Source: Chrysomallon squamiferum
Taxonomy: Eukaryota; Animalia; Mollusca
DNA length: 64,000 bases
NCBI GenBank assembly: GCA_012295275.1
Contig: CM022670.1
Span: forward strand, 8,618,001-8,682,000
Reading direction: 5' to 3'
How positions within the stretch are numbered: position 1 is the first letter of the stretch; the number at the start of each line of letters is the position of its first letter. The notes under the pieces were generated by a model. That model saw only the letters and a list, made by a program, of their open reading frames with translations. It searched no databases and had not been told where the DNA came from. The position numbers and the translations under genes were made by a program. Of the stretch, positions 63,709 through 64,000 are shown piece after piece.

Positions 63709-63780
63709 TAGCAGAGCGTGGTTTCGATCCACGGACCTCTGGGTTATGGGCCCAGCACGCTTCCACTGCGCCACTCTGCT
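63709..63780 (-). tRNA. tRNA-iMet(CAT) copy 56
   Basis: Consensus. Confidence 0.95.
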
Positions 63781-64000
63781 TGCGTAAACTGCGTTACTTA
63801 TATTGTATTTGTTACGTAACATCTTGTCTTCAAATTTTTTTTAAAATTTTTTTAGTAGGAGAAAAGAGAAAAAGATTGTTAATAATTTTTTTTATTATTT
63901 ATTTTTATTTCCATATTTTCATCATTAAATTCGAAAAACGAAAAAAAAAAAAAAAAAAAAAAAAAATGAAAGAAAATGCAAAGAAGAAGAAAACAAAACG

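Larger units (their letters stand above)
43100..64000 (-). repeat. Tandem array of tRNA-iMet genes (units about 375-405 bp or 285 bp), running off the window end
   Basis: 56 copies of a 72-nt tRNA in homologous AT-rich spacers. Confidence 0.97.

Noticed and set aside
43172-63780. CRISPR-like repeat-spacer array
   Set aside because: Spacers are homologous and 210-330 bp long, the repeat is a complete tRNA, there are no cas genes, and the context is eukaryotic.
43172-63780. tRNA-derived SINE or LTR primer-binding-site array
   Set aside because: Genes are full-length and mostly consensus, with no encoded CCA, no target-site duplications and no LTR or RT sequence.

Overview
AT-rich metazoan genomic DNA from an invertebrate; a mollusc or cephalopod is plausible but is inference only. 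Part 1 (311-40328, + strand) is a 5'-truncated BLTP1/KIAA1109 (tweek/lpd-3/Csf1 family) bridge-like lipid transfer protein gene. I traced 57 GT-AG coding exons by hand. Phases are consistent except for two apparent frameshifts at simple repeats (A7 at 12725-12731; GA repeat at 18399-18407). One intron holds a 727-bp Tigger/pogo-like DNA transposon derivative. Part 2 (about 42.4 kb to the window end, - strand) is a tandem array of 56 initiator tRNA-Met (CAT) genes plus one decayed copy. It has two sub-arrays with different higher-order structure, a recurrent A21G variant and recurrent damaged copies. Units carry an upstream TATA-like element plus a TGTTACGTAACA palindrome, and many have a hairpin-bearing 3' trailer with no nearby T4+ terminator. 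All coordinates and counts were read by eye.
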